A stretch of 64,000 nucleotides of DNA from Eledone cirrhosa. Lineage: Eukaryota. The stretch is from NCBI GenBank assembly GCA_964016885.1, contig OZ024766.1, positions 8,060,001 to 8,124,000 on the forward strand. The letters are read 5' to 3'. Positions 1 to 16,554 of this stretch are shown one piece after another. Made by a program: the position numbers and the translations under genes. The notes under the pieces are model-generated. The model was given only the letters and a program-made list of their open reading frames with translations. It was not told where the DNA came from and did no database searches. Position 1 is the stretch's first letter. Every line of letters starts with the position of its first letter.

Positions 1-597
1 GTTGGTGGGGGACGACGTTTTGGGCATAAGCCCTTCCTCAGGTGAGAAGTGTGTGGGAACAGAGTTCAAAGGGTGTGTAGGGGAGTGGTGGAGAGGCATA
101 TAGCGAAAGGAAACGGTGCGAATGAAAAAATAAAAAATAAAGATAAAAATAAAGCATGATCAAAATACAAGGATTATATGTGTGTGTGTGTCAGGCTGGA
201 GCACCATATATATATATATATGGTGATGCTCCAGTCTGACAGTCTATCGGCTAGAACACATAACTCAGAAATATGTGTTTGTATAATTTGTGGGATCTCT
301 CTCAAACATCCTCAAAACACTCACATATACCTTCATATACACACACTCTCACACACACATCCCTTCACATATACACACACACCTTCACATATACACCCAC
401 AGACCTGACTCCACCCCCCCCTCAACACACACACCCTCACACACACATCCCTTCACATATACACCCACAGACCTGACTCCACCCCCTCAACACACACACA
501 CACACACCCTCACACACACACATCCCTTCACATATACACACACACCTTCACACACCTTCACATATACACCCACAGACCTGACTCCCCTCCTCCCCTC

Positions 598-631
<34 letters not shown>

Positions 632-1108
632 CACACATACACACACACACACACACTCTCACACATACACACACACACACAAACTAATTTTTAAAAATCT
701 TAGTAAAAAAATGTTTATCAAGATTGCATTCCAGAATAGTCTGATTAATTAGATTGGTTAAGGGCGGAGGGCCATGGCACTGTGTGGAGGGCCGTGGAGC
801 GGTGTGGGGGTGGTCGAGGTGTGTGGAGTGCCATGGCACTGGGGGGTGGGGGTGGGCTGTGGAGCAGTGTGGAGGGCCATGGAGCAGTGTGGGGGGTGTG
901 TGGAGGGCCGTGGAGTGGTGTGGGGGTGGTCGAGGTGTGTGGAGTAGGGGTGTGTGGAGGGCCATGGGACTGTGTGAGGGTGGTGAAGGGCCATGGAGCT
1001 GTGTGGAGGTTTGATAGGACTGGGGTCCTCTGTCATTAAAACACCCAAGAAACCTCTTATGAGGTAGCTTCCATCAATTTTGATCGTTCTGCATTTTTTT
1101 ATAGTGTT

Positions 1109-1155
<47 letters not shown>

Positions 1156-1285
1156 AGAAGTTCTATTTAAATTGTTGGGATACAACAAGCAAATATGTTT
1201 ATAACTGATATAAAGCACTCAACAAATTATTGAAGTAAAAATACGATATATTAACAAATGGAAACTATATTTATAAAATCATATT

Positions 1286-1350
1286 TATTTCATTATACAT
1301 ATTTCAAGGACACCAAGTTAAATTATGGTGTGCTTTCATCAGATAAAATA
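1286..1350 (-). ncRNA. Type I hammerhead ribozyme motif; inverted copy with partly deleted stem II at 1927-1982 (+)
   Basis: tattttat-CTGATGA-aag-c-acacca...tggtgt-c-ctt-GAAA-tatgta-TA-atgaaata. Confidence 0.65.
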
Positions 1351-1431
1351 TAATATAGACCAGTTTTATAAATAAATATTGACATAACCCTTAAAGAATG
1401 CAACCATTGCTATCCGGGAGCTTCCAACAGT

Positions 1432-1862
1432 CATCATCATCATCATCATCATTCGTCGACTACTGTCGAGATGATGGATCACTCTCCTGCCCCAGAATCC
1501 CCTGTCCCCCATCGCTGCCCCCAGGTCCAGTCTACTGATTCCTGTATCCCTAGAGATAACGTCAGGGAATGACAGCTTCCTACTCCTAGTCAGGCTGGAG
1601 TCAGGTGCCCCAGAATCCCCTGTCCCCCATCGCTGCCCCCAGGTCCAGTCTACTGATTCCCGTATCCCTAGAGATAACGTCAGGGAATGACAGCTTCCTA
1701 CTCCCAGTCAGGCTGGAGTCAGGGTTCCAGAGCAAGAGAGCGGATATGATTTCATTGCTGGCACGGTGACAGTGGCCAGCACATTGAGCTCTCCGGGATT
1801 TTAGAAGGGCAGAGGCTGGAGGGAGTTTGCCATAGATTTTAGACAAGGTGGGATGTCGTTTC
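1432..1862 (-). mobile_element. RTE/RTEX-like LINE 3' fragment with internal tandem duplication and (TGA)n tail
   Basis: RRAQCAGHCHR...LLLW...DVISRDTG...MGDRGFW C-terminal RT-region motif. Confidence 0.7.
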
Positions 1863-2068
1863 CAACAGTAATGGTTGCATTCTTTAAGGGTATGTCAATA
1901 TGTATTTATAAAACTGCTCTATATTATATTTTATCTGATGAAAGCACACCATAATTTAACTTGAAATATGTATAATGAAATAAATATTCCCTGTCAGTAA
2001 TGTGCTCAAAGGAGAAGGAATCCCGAGCCCTTTATAATACAATATGTAGAAAAGATGATGCAGCAAAT

Positions 2069-2128
2069 GTATAGTACCTAGAATAATGTACAAATGTCAG
2101 GATAGTGGACAGTGTATGAGTCATGAAA

Positions 2129-2163
<35 letters not shown>

Positions 2164-3262
2164 AAGGAGAATATCAGGTGTAGTGTTGGTGAATTTCAGG
2201 AATCATGGAGGTTTTAAAGGATGCAGTGTCTCGACAGTTAACAACTGATGCAGGTAGTTTGTTCCATGGAGGTTTTAAAGGATGCAGTGTCTCGACAGCT
2301 AACAACTGATGCAGGTAGTTTGTTCCATGGAGGTTTTAAAGGATGCAGTGTCTCGACAGTTAACAACTGATGCAGGTAGTTTGTTCCATGGAGGTTTTAA
2401 AGGATGCAGTGTCTCAATAGCTAACAACTGATGCAGGTAGATTGTTCCATGGAGGTTTTAAACGATGCAGTGTCTTGACAGCTAACAACTGATGCAGGTA
2501 GTTTGTTCCATGGAGGTTTTAAAGGATGCAGTGTCTCGACAGCTAACAACTGATGCAGGTAGTTTGTTCCATGGAGGTTTTAAAGGATGCAGTGTCTCGA
2601 CAGCTAACAACTGATGCAGATAGTTTGTTCCATGGAGGTTTTAAAGGATGCAGTGTCTCGACAGCTAACAACTGATGCAGGTAGTTTGTTCCATGGAGGT
2701 TTTAAAGGATGCAGTGTCTCGACAGCTAACAACTGATGCAGGTAGTTTGTTCCATGGAGGTTTTAAAGGATGCAGTGTCTTGACAGCTAACAACTGATGC
2801 AGGTAGTTTGTTCCATGGAGGTTTTAAAGGATGCAGTATCTCGACAGCTAACAACTGATGCAGGTAGTTTGTTCCATGGAGGTTTTAAAGGATGCAGTGT
2901 CTCGACAGCTAACAACCGATGCAGGTAGTTTGTTCCATGGAGGTTTTAAAGGATGCAGTGTCTCGACAGCTAACAACTGATACAGGTAGTTTGTTCCATG
3001 GAGGTTTTAAAGGATGCAGTGTCTTGACAGCTAACAACTGATGCAGGTAGTTTGTTCCATGGAGGTTTTAAAGGATGTAGTGTCTCGACAGCTAACAACT
3101 GATACAGGTAGTTTGTTCCATGGAGGTTTTAAAGGATGCAGTGTCTCGACAGCTAACAACTGATACAGGTAGTTTGTTCCATGGAGGTTTTAAAGGATGC
3201 AGTGTCTCGACAGCTAACAACTGATACAGGTAGTTTGTTCCATGCTTCAGTTACTCTGAGGG
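2069..3262 (-). mobile_element. CR1-like LINE 3' end containing a 61-bp x17 tandem array (2204-3241)
   Basis: Unit is the reverse complement of the [18 protein letters not shown] coding segment. Confidence 0.85.
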
Positions 3263-3520
3263 GGAAAATATATATATATGAAAATATAGGTTTATTTTTA
3301 TTGATTTATTACTTTAAATCAAGACAGGCAAACCATATTATTTTAAATTAGTATTTTTCAACCTAGCTAACTTGGTCATTTGCAATTCGAACACATGTAT
3401 ACTTGTATCAGTGTACATCCCTCTCATATATTCATTTGTATTACATGGCTCGGAAATTTTCCCTTCTTTGAGCTAATTAATTGTAAAAGACTGTTTCGAG
3501 TTTATAACTCAATATATGAT

Positions 3521-3557
<37 letters not shown>

Positions 3558-3559
<2 letters not shown>

Positions 3560-4500
3560 CAGTCAGTAGGCAAATCTTAACCAAAATACACCCACGTCCC
3601 ACTACCCCTACTCCCAGCCCCATCTACACCACCCCCTTCAATGTAAAGTTATGTTGGTGCCACAACATCCAGTCCGAAATAAATGAGGACGTGTAGGTGT
3701 CACGACAAAAAAAACACACAGTCCACGCTGTAATGTGACCGTGTATGTAACACGGTAAAAACCTCCCAGTTCCACACTGTAAATGTGGTTGGTGTTAGGA
3801 AGGGCATCCAGCTGTAGGAAACCCGCCAGACAGTCCACGCTGTAATGTGGCCGTGTAGGCAACACGGTAAAAACCTCCCAGTTCCACACTGTAAATGTGG
3901 TTGGTGTTAGGAAGGGCATCCAGCTGTAGAAAACCCGCCAGACAGTCCACGCTGTAATGTGGCCGTGTAGGCAACACGGTAAAAACCTCCCAGTTCCACA
4001 CTGTAAATGTGGTTGGTGTTAGGAAGGGCATCCAGCTGTAGAAAACCCGCCAGACAGTCCACGCTGTAATGTGGCCGTGTAGGCAACACGGTAAAAACCT
4101 CCCAGTTCCACACTGTAAATGTGGTTGGTGTTAGGAAGGGCATCCAGCTGTAGAAAACCCGCCAGACAGTCCACGCTGTAATGTGGCCGTGTAGGCAACA
4201 CGGTAAAAACCTCCCAGTTCCACACTGTAAATGTGGTTGGTGTTAGGAAGGGCATCCAGCTGTAGAAAACCCGCCAGACAGTCCACGCTGTAATGTGGCC
4301 GTGTAGGCAACACAGTAAAAACCTCCCAGTTCCACACTGTAAATGTGGTTGGTGTTAGGAAGGGCATCCAGCCGTAGAAAACCCGCCAGACAGTCCCATA
4401 CGAGCAGGACAACCAATCTTGCCTCAAGTGGGAAAACTCCCGTCCAAACCCATGCTAGCGTGGAAGATGGACGTTAAACAATGATGATGATGATGATGAT
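3558..4500 (+). mobile_element. RTE LINE 3' UTR with a 112-bp x6 tandem array and (GAT)n tail
   Basis: Same sequence follows the RTE ORF at 35039-36013. Confidence 0.8.
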
Positions 4501-4550
4501 ATATATTAATTCAAAATATTAACAAAAATAGAACTTCTTGTGATCAAGTA

Positions 4551-4900
4551 TATTTTATTATACATATTTCAGAGGTACTGAGCTATCTTCAACAGTACGT
4601 CCTCATCAGATAAAATAAAATGATGCATGACATACCTTGACATAGTAGATGGTTAAGATTCAGTCATGGTAGTCACTGCCATCACTGGATCTTAACCATC
4701 TACTATGTCAAGGTATGTCATGCATCATATTATTTTATCTGATGAGGACGTACTGTTGAAGATAGCACAGTACCTCTGAAATATGTATAATAAAACATAT
4801 TTTGATTATGTAAATGTCTTTATTTATTAAAACCAACTTTGTTGAGTGCTTCTAATCTATTGTAAAACTCATTCTTTGATTTATTCATTGAACCTTATTT
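4551..4900. mobile_element. Fold-back Penelope-like element, near-perfect ~123-bp arms centred at about 4674
   Basis: Direct reverse complementarity; hammerhead core in each arm. Confidence 0.65.
4731..4795 (+). ncRNA. Type I hammerhead ribozyme motif (Penelope-like element); inverted copy at 4551-4617 on minus strand
   Basis: ttttat-CTGATGA-gga-c-gtactgt...acagtac-c-tct-GAAA-tatgta-TA-ataaaa. Confidence 0.65.
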
Positions 4901-5002
4901 AACCTTTAAATATATATATATATTTACACACACACATATATATATACATACATATAAGTATATATATATATACACATAAATATATATATATACACACATA
5001 AG

Positions 5003-5033
<31 letters not shown>

Positions 5034-5126
5034 GTATATACTTGTGTGTATATATATATACTTATGTGTGTATATATATATATATATACTTATGTGTGTA
5101 TATATATATATATATACACACATAAG

Positions 5127-5158
<32 letters not shown>

Positions 5159-5159
5159 A

Positions 5160-5215
<56 letters not shown>

Positions 5216-5443
5216 TTATGTGTATATATATATATATATATATTTGTGTATATATATATGTGTGTGTGTAAATATATATATATATATATATATATACTTA
5301 TGTGTGTATATATATATATATACTTATGTGTGTATATATATATATATATACACATAAGTATATATATATATATATATACACACACATATATATATACACA
5401 CACATATATATATACACACAAGTATATATATATACACACATAA

Positions 5444-5510
<67 letters not shown>

Positions 5511-5547
5511 TATATATATACACACATAAGTATATATATACACATAA

Positions 5548-6080
<533 letters not shown>

Positions 6081-6091
6081 TACATATATAT

Positions 6092-8283
6092 ATGTCTTGG
6101 CATCACTCAGCAAGACCTTTGTTAGCTGCTCTCCAGCCATCTATTTAAAACTGTATACAGCTATGGTGCGACCACACTTGGAATTCGCATCATCAGTCTG
6201 GAACCCCTATCTTGCTCTGAACATTGACCTCCTGGAAACTGTTCAGAGACGTGCAACCAAGCGCATACCCTCCATCAGACACCTACCATACTCTGAACGC
6301 CTTGCTTCCCTGGGCATGGATTCATTGAAGCTCCGACGTCTGGCAATGGACTTGGTGAATACCCACAAAGTTTTTAACCATCTCGCCAACTGCAACCCTG
6401 AGCGCCTCTTTGATCTCCATGTGTCTAACACACGTGGACATGCCTACAAGATAAGAAAACAGCACAGCTCCCATGACTTTCGCAGACATTTTTTCACGCT
6501 CAGAGTTGCTGAAGCATGGAACAAACTGCCTGCGTCAATTGTTAGCTGCCGAGACACTGCATCCTTTAAGACACTCATGCTTCCCGAAATACGCCAAAAC
6601 TACACCTGATGTACCCCTTCCATACACATGCACACATGTGTGTATCATGACTCGTGCACTGTTCATTTTACTGATGTTTGTGCATTGCCCTATGTACTGT
6701 ACATGCACTTTTTTGATGAGTTGTGGTGCACCTGGGCACTGTACACAATATTTCATTATTGTTATTGTTATTATATCATGACTCATACACTGTTTATTTT
6801 CCTGACATTTGTACATTATTCTATGTACTATACATGCACCTTTGATGAGTTGTGGTGCACCTGGGCACTGTACACAATATTTCATTATTGTTATTGTTAT
6901 TATATCATGACTCATACACTGTTTATTTTCCTGACATTTGTACATTATTCTATGTACTATACATGCACCTTTGATGAGTTGTAGTGCACCTGGGCACTGT
7001 ACACAATATTTCATTATTGTTATTATATCATGACTCGTACACTGTTTATTTTCCTGACATTTGTACATTATTCTATGTACTATACATGCACCTTTGATGA
7101 GTTGTAGTGCACCTGGGCACTGTACACAATATTTCATTATTGTTATTGTTATTATAACATGACTCATACACTGTTTATTTTCCTGACATTTGTACATTAT
7201 TCTATGTACTATACATGCACCTTTGATGAGTTGTAGTGCACCTGGGCACTGTACACAATATTTCATTATTGTTATTGTTATTATAACATGACTCATACAC
7301 TGTTTATTTTCCTGACATTTGTACATTATTCTATGTACTATACATGCACCTTTGATGAGTTGTAGTGCACCTGGGCACTGTACACAATATTTCATTATTG
7401 TTATTGTTATTATAACATGACTCATACACTGTTTATTTTCCTGACATTTGTACATTATTCTATGTACTATACATGCACCTTTGATGAGTTGTAGTGCACC
7501 TGGGCACTGTACACAATATTTCATTATTGTTATTGTTATTATAACATGACTCATACACTGTTTATTTTCCTGACATTTGTACATTATTCTATGTACTATA
7601 CATGCACCTTTGATGAGTTGTAGTGCACCTGGGCACTGTACACAATATTTCATTATTGTTATTGTTATTATAACATGACTCATACACTGTTTATTTTCCT
7701 GACATTTGTACATTATTCTATGTACTATACATGCACCTTTGATGAGTTGTAGTGCACCTGGGCACTGTACACAATATTTCATTATTGTTATTGTTATTAT
7801 AACATGACTCATACACTGTTTATTTTCCTGACATTTGTACATTATTCTATGTACTATACATGCACCTTTGATGAGTTGTGGTGCACCTGGGCACTGTACA
7901 CAATATTTCATTATTGTTATTGTTATTATATCATGACTCATACACTGTTTATTTTCCTGACATTTGTACATTATTCTATGTACTATACATGCACCTTTGA
8001 TGAGTTGTAGTGCACCTGGGCACTGTACACAATATTTCATTATTGTTATTATATCTTGACTCGTACACTGTTTATTTTCCTGACATTTGTACATTATTCT
8101 ATGTACTATACATGCACCTTTGATGAGTTGTAGTGCACCTGGGCACTGTACACAATATTTCATTATTGTTATTATATCATGACTCGTACACTGTTTATTT
8201 TCCTGACATTTGTACATTATTCTATGTACTATACATGCACCTTTGATGAGTTGTAGTGCACCTGAGCACTGTACACAATAATT

Positions 8284-8312
<29 letters not shown>
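6092..8312 (+). mobile_element. 5'-truncated CR1-like LINE (ORF2 C-terminus to 6609) whose 3' UTR is expanded into a 129/123-bp x13 array (6715-8290), (ATT)n tail
   Basis: LYTAMVRPHLEFASSVWNP...VQRRATK...[14 protein letters not shown]; near-identical to 59421-60340. Confidence 0.9.
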
Positions 8313-8317
<5 letters not shown>

Positions 8318-8422
8318 CTCAGGATTTTCCTGTTTTTTTTGTTGTTTTTTTTTATCGTTACTAATGGTTCTTTTTTTCTTTTCTTTTTTTTTTCTTTTCT
8401 TTTCTTTTCTTTCTTTCTTTAG

Positions 8423-8897
8423 TCTTGAGAGTCGGGACAATCCATTTGTTCCAGGGGGTGAGTTGAGCATCGACACTGATGACATTTTGAAGCGGGCGAC
8501 CATAGTGAGGGATCGGTTCATTCTCGACGAGGAAGAGAAGAAGAAGAAGAAGGAAGAGGAGGCTGCTGCTGCTGCTGCGGCGGCGGAGGCGCAGAGGAGG
8601 AAGCAGAAGAAGCAGACGGCTGGCGGAGGGGGCGTCCAAGAGAACGGCACGGTGGAGGACGAGGGGCTGGGCGGCGAGGGCGGAGGAGGGGCCGCCGATG
8701 GCAGGGCGGCGGTGAAGCCGGCTGAGATCGCGGCGGACGACGGGGGCGGCAAGGTGGCGGCGGAGGCTGGAGGCGGGGTGCCCGAGCAGCAGCAGCAGCA
8801 GCAGGAGGAGGGGGTCCTCGTGCCGACCAGCGCCAACACGGTCCAGGCCCACAAGGAGAAGAAGAAACAGAAGAAGAAGTGCTGTACGATAATGTAG
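8423..8897 (+). CDS. Terminal exon of an uncharacterised membrane-anchored CaaX protein (LESRDNPFVPGGELS...KEKKKQKKKCCTIM*); upstream exons lie outside the window
   Basis: Long polypyrimidine tract 8366-8420 plus AG at 8421-8422; GC-rich open frame; polybasic tract with CC-TIM stop is a prenylation/palmitoylation signature. Confidence 0.8.
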
Positions 8898-9114
8898 AGG
8901 AGGGGGGGGCGTCGGGGGAAGAGGAAGAGAGAGAGAGAGAGAGAGGTAGACGACAGCGAGGAGGAGGTGGTGGAGGTGGTGGTGGTGGAGGAGTGCAGAG
9001 TGATAACAGTATGATGATGATGATGATGATGATGATGATGGCTGCTGCAGCTGTGATGATGGTGGTGGTGGCGAAATGTGCCCTAACAAAGAAAGAAAGA
9101 AGAAAAAAAAAAAA

Positions 9115-12100
9115 AGGACCCCTTTTTGTGTCGGTCGTCTGTCATCAAGTGACCCCCTAAATTTGTACAAACCTCCAGCACCGAAAAAAAGGACCCCTTT
9201 TGTGTCTGTCGTCTGTCATCAAGTGACCCCCTAAATTTGTACAAGCCTCCAGCACCGAAAAAAAGGACCCCTTTTGTGTCTGTCGTCTGTCATCAAGTGA
9301 CCTCTAAATTTGTACAAACCTCCAGCACTGAAAATAAGGACCCCTTTTGTGTCGGTCGTCTGTCATCAAGCGACCCTTAAATTTGTACCAACCTCCAGCA
9401 CCGAAAAAAAGGACCCCTTTTGTGTCTGTCGTCTGTCATCAAGTGACCTCTAAATTTGTACAAACCTCCAGCACCGAAAATAAGGACCCCTTTTGTGTCG
9501 GTCGTCTGTCATCAAGCGACCCTTAAATTTGTACCAACCTCCAGCACCGAAAAAAAGGACCCCTTTTGTGTCTGTCGTCTGTCATCAAGTGACCTCCTAA
9601 ATTTGTACCAACCTCCATCACCAAAAAGGACCTTTTTCAATCGGGGTCGGTCGTCTGTCATCAAGCGACCCCCAGCACTACCACCAAAAGAAGGACTCTT
9701 TTTGTGTACCAAATGAATGTTCAGGGATTTAATCGGGGTCTGTCGTCTGTCATCAAAGCGACCCCTAAATTTATACCAATCTCCAGCACCGAAAAAGGAC
9801 TCTTTTCAATCGGGCTCGGTTATCATGTGACCCCCTAAATTAACACCAACACCAGCCACCACCAAAAGATCAAAGGGAGCTTGGACTTTTCTTAAATAAT
9901 GTCATGGGCTGAATTGGGGTCGATTGATCGGTCAGTCGTCTACCATCAAGTAACCCTTAAATTAACACCAAAGCCGCCGCTACCACCGCCATCGAGGGGT
10001 TTAATTAGGGAATCGTACATCAGTCATCTAATTATTAAATGACCCCCTAAATTAACAACAACAACAACAACAACATGAAAAAGACTGAAAATGATATCGG
10101 TAGGGAGGTTGATCAGTTATCTGTTGAGTGATCCCTAAAAATTAACACCAACCCACCACCACTGAAAGAAAGAACCTTGCTATTGTAAAATAATGACCTC
10201 CTTAAATTAATGCCAACAACCCCACCACCACCATCACCAAAAAGTTCAGAAGGAAAAAGGATCTGTTTTCATCAAGTGACCCCTAAAAATTAACACCAAA
10301 GAAAGACCCTTGGTATACCAAAAGTATCGGAAGGTAAAGGGGTCGGTTTTCATCAAGTGACCCCTAATAATTAACACCCAACACCACTGAAAGAAAGAAC
10401 CCTAATATTACCGGAAGGGACTGGGTCAATTTTCATCAAGTGACCCCTAAAAATTAACACCAGCCCCCTACCCCACCACCACCGAAGAAGACGATGGTGA
10501 TGATGGTGGTGGTGGTGGTGGAGTAAAATGATAAAAAGTAAAGAAGAATAAAAAAGGGGGTTTGATTTTCGAAAAGGTGAAAAAAAAAAGAAAATGTCCA
10601 CTTGTAGGGGTCAGAGCGAGTTTTCATTGGAAAAATGAACCCTTGACCCCTAAAAGTGACCAAAGAAAGAAAGCTTTGTTTAACAAAGGAACATGGTTTG
10701 TCTGTGGACTTCCATAAAATGGCCTGCCTGACCCCTAAAAAACTAACCAACACCTTAATAATAGTAATGATGGTGGTGAGGAAAAACCCTTAAAAAAGAC
10801 ACAAAGAAAGAAGCTTGATATAACTGAAAGAACTTTTGTTGGGCAATTTCTATAAAAGGATCTTCCTGACCCCTAAAAAATAGACAACACCCTAATCATG
10901 TGAGGAAAAACCCTTAAAAAAGACAAAGAAAGAAGCTTGATATAACTGAAAGAACTTTTGTCAGGGAATTTCTACAAAAGAATCTTCCTGACCCCTAAAA
11001 GTTAGCAACACCCTAATGATGATATGAGGAAAAGCCCCTTAAAAAAGACAAAGAAGCTTGATATAACAAAGAACTTTTGTCAGGGAATTTCTATTAAAGG
11101 ATCTTCCTGATCCCTAAAAATAATAGTGACGATGACAACAAAGAAAGCAAGACCCTTGATATATATAATTAAAAAAAAAAGGTCTGCCTGTCGGTGATAT
11201 TCTAAACAAAATTATCAACCTGACCCCTAAAACTAAACTAACACGGATGAAAATATGGAAACCCCTTGATATATATAATAAAAGAACTCGGGCAGTGGGT
11301 GATTTTCTAAAAAAAAAAAAAGAAGTATCTACCTGATCCCTAAAACTGACAATGATAGAAACCCCTTGAAGAAGAAAGACCCTTCAAATATATATATAAT
11401 AAAAAACAAGGTCTGTTGGTCAGTGATTTTCTAAAAAAAAAAAGGGACATACTTGGCCCCTAAAGCTAACTATGATCAAAGTATGGAAACTCCTTGTAAA
11501 AGCAAGACCCTTCAAATATATATATAATGAAAAAAAACAAGGCCTGTCGGTCAGTCAGTTGGTGATTTTCTAAAAAAAAAGGGACATCTACTTGGCCCCT
11601 AAAGCTAACTATGATGAACATATGAAAACCCCTTGTAAAAGCAAGACCCTTCAAATAAATATATATATATATATATAATAAAAAAACAAGGCAGTTGGTC
11701 AATCAGTTGGTGATTTTCTGGAAAGAAAAGAGACATGACCCCTTAAACTAAACTAACAAGGATGAAAGTATGAAAACCCTTTGAAAAAGAAAGACCCTTC
11801 AAATAAATATATATATAATGAAAAAACAAGGTTGGTCTGTCGGTCGGTTAGTTGGTTATTTTCTATTTAAAAAAAAAGGACATCTATTTGGCCCCTAAAA
11901 CTAAACTAACAATGATGAAAGTATGGAAACCCCTTTGAAAAAGAAAGACCCTTCAAATAAATATATATATATATATAATGAAAAAACAAGGCCTCTATCT
12001 GGTCGGTCGGTCAATCAGTTGGTAATTTTCTAAAAAAAAAAAAACGGGTCATGGCCCCTAAAACTAAACTAACAAGGATGAAAGTATGAAAATCCTTTGA

Positions 12101-13470
12101 AAAAGAAAGACCCTTCAAATAAATATATATATATAAATATAATGAAAAACAAGGGCTGTCTGTCTGGTCGGTCCGTCAATCAGTTACTGATTTTCTAAAA
12201 AAAAAAGGGTCATGGCCCCTAAAACTAAACTGACAAGGATGAAAACCCTTTGAAAAAGAAAGACCTTTCAAATAAATAAATAAATAAATATATATATATA
12301 TATATAGTAGAAAAAACAAGCTCTGGCGGTCGGTTAAGTTTTTCTGAAAAATAGGGACATCTACTTGGCCCCTAAAACTAAAGAAAGACCCTTCAAATAA
12401 ATATATATATATATAATGAAAAAACAAGGTCGGTCTGGCAGTCAGTTGGTTATTTTCTGAAGGAAAAAAAGGGGGACATCTACCTAACCCCTAAAACTAA
12501 GGAAAGACCCTTCAAATATATATATATATATATATTATGAAGAAATAACAACAAGGTTGGTTGGTTGGTGTTGGTTTCCAGACCATAAAACGACCCCTGA
12601 AACCTTTTAAATTGAAAGAAGAAAGAAAGAAAAAAAAGGGGGACATCTACCTAACCCCTAAAACAAAAAAACCCTTCAAATATATATATATATAATGAAG
12701 AAATAACAAGGTTGGTTGGTTGGTTGGTGTGGGTTTCCAGACCATAAAACGACCCCTGAAACCCTTTAAATTGAAAGAAGAAAGAAAGAAAAAAAAGGGG
12801 GACATCTACCTAACCCCTAAAACAAAAAAAACCCTTCAAATATATATATATATAATGAAGAAATAACAACAAGGTTGGTTGGTTGGTTGGTTGGTGTGGG
12901 TTCCAGACCATAAAACGACCCCTGAAACCCTTTAAATTGAAAGAAGAAAGAAAGAAAAAAAGGGGGACATCTACCTAACCCCTAAAACAAAGAAAAAACC
13001 CTTCAAATATATATATATATAATGAAGAAATAACAACAAGGTTGGTTGGTTGGTTGGTTGGTGTGGGTTTCCAGACCATAAAACGACCCCTGAAACCCTT
13101 TAAATTGAAAGAAGAAAGAAAGAAAAAAAAGGGGGACATCTACCTAACCCCTAAAACAAAGAAAAAAACCCTTCAAATATATATATATAATGAAGAAATA
13201 ACAACAAGGTTGGTTGGTTGGTTGGTTGGTTGGTGTGGGTTTCCAGACCATAAAACGACCCCTGAAACCCTTTAAATTGAAAGAAAGAAAAAAAAAAAAA
13301 GGGGGACATCTACCTAACCCCTAAAACAGAAAAAACCATTCAAATATATATATATATATATAATGAAGAAATAACAAGGTTGGTTGGTTGGTGTGGGTTT
13401 CCAGACCATAAAACGACCCCTGAAACCCTTTAAATTGAAAGAAGAAAGAAAGAAAAAAATGGGGTCCTCT
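9115..13470 (+). repeat. Progressively diverging tandem array (73-75-bp units grading to ~170-180-bp units, shared gacccc(t)aaa core), probably in the 3' UTR of the CaaX gene
   Basis: Units at 9116, 9191, 9265, 9338, 9411, 9484, 9557; later homogeneous blocks 10780-11110, 11350-12420, 12470-13460. Confidence 0.75.
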
Positions 13471-13719
13471 GCGCCCGAAGGTGACAAAAAATGAAAGAAA
13501 AAGGATTTAAAAAAAAAAAAAGACAATGACAGCAGCAGCAGCAGCAATAACAACAACAACAGCAAAACCAGAACCCCCCCTCCCACACACACATGCCTCC
13601 TCTTTCTTCTTCTCTTCCCCCCCCTCCTCTTCTTGGGAACTATATATATACATATATACAAAAAAAAACTAATAAAAAAAAGAAAAAAAAAAATTATGAT
13701 GACCGTTGTTATTAATGAT

Positions 13720-16480
<2,761 letters not shown>

Positions 16481-16554
16481 TATGCATGAGTATCTATATT
16501 TTATGTATCATAAATACATACATGTATATCTATCTATCTAGGGCAGGTAAAATT

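Larger units (their letters stand above)
1155..1990. mobile_element. Penelope-like inverted-repeat element (hammerhead-bearing) interrupted by an RTEX-like LINE fragment
   Basis: Arms about 1280-1415 and 1865-1988 are reverse complements; terminus shared with copies at 5.9 kb and 40.9 kb. Confidence 0.6.

Noticed and set aside
6535-8217. 560-aa Cys-rich repeat ORF
   Set aside because: Antisense reading of a 129-bp LINE 3' UTR array whose unit length is a multiple of 3.
6715-8290. Tandem non-LTR retrozyme (TTGATGAG plus hairpin in each unit)
   Set aside because: No CUGANGA/GAAA pair; the hairpin is the LINE 3' recognition stem-loop.
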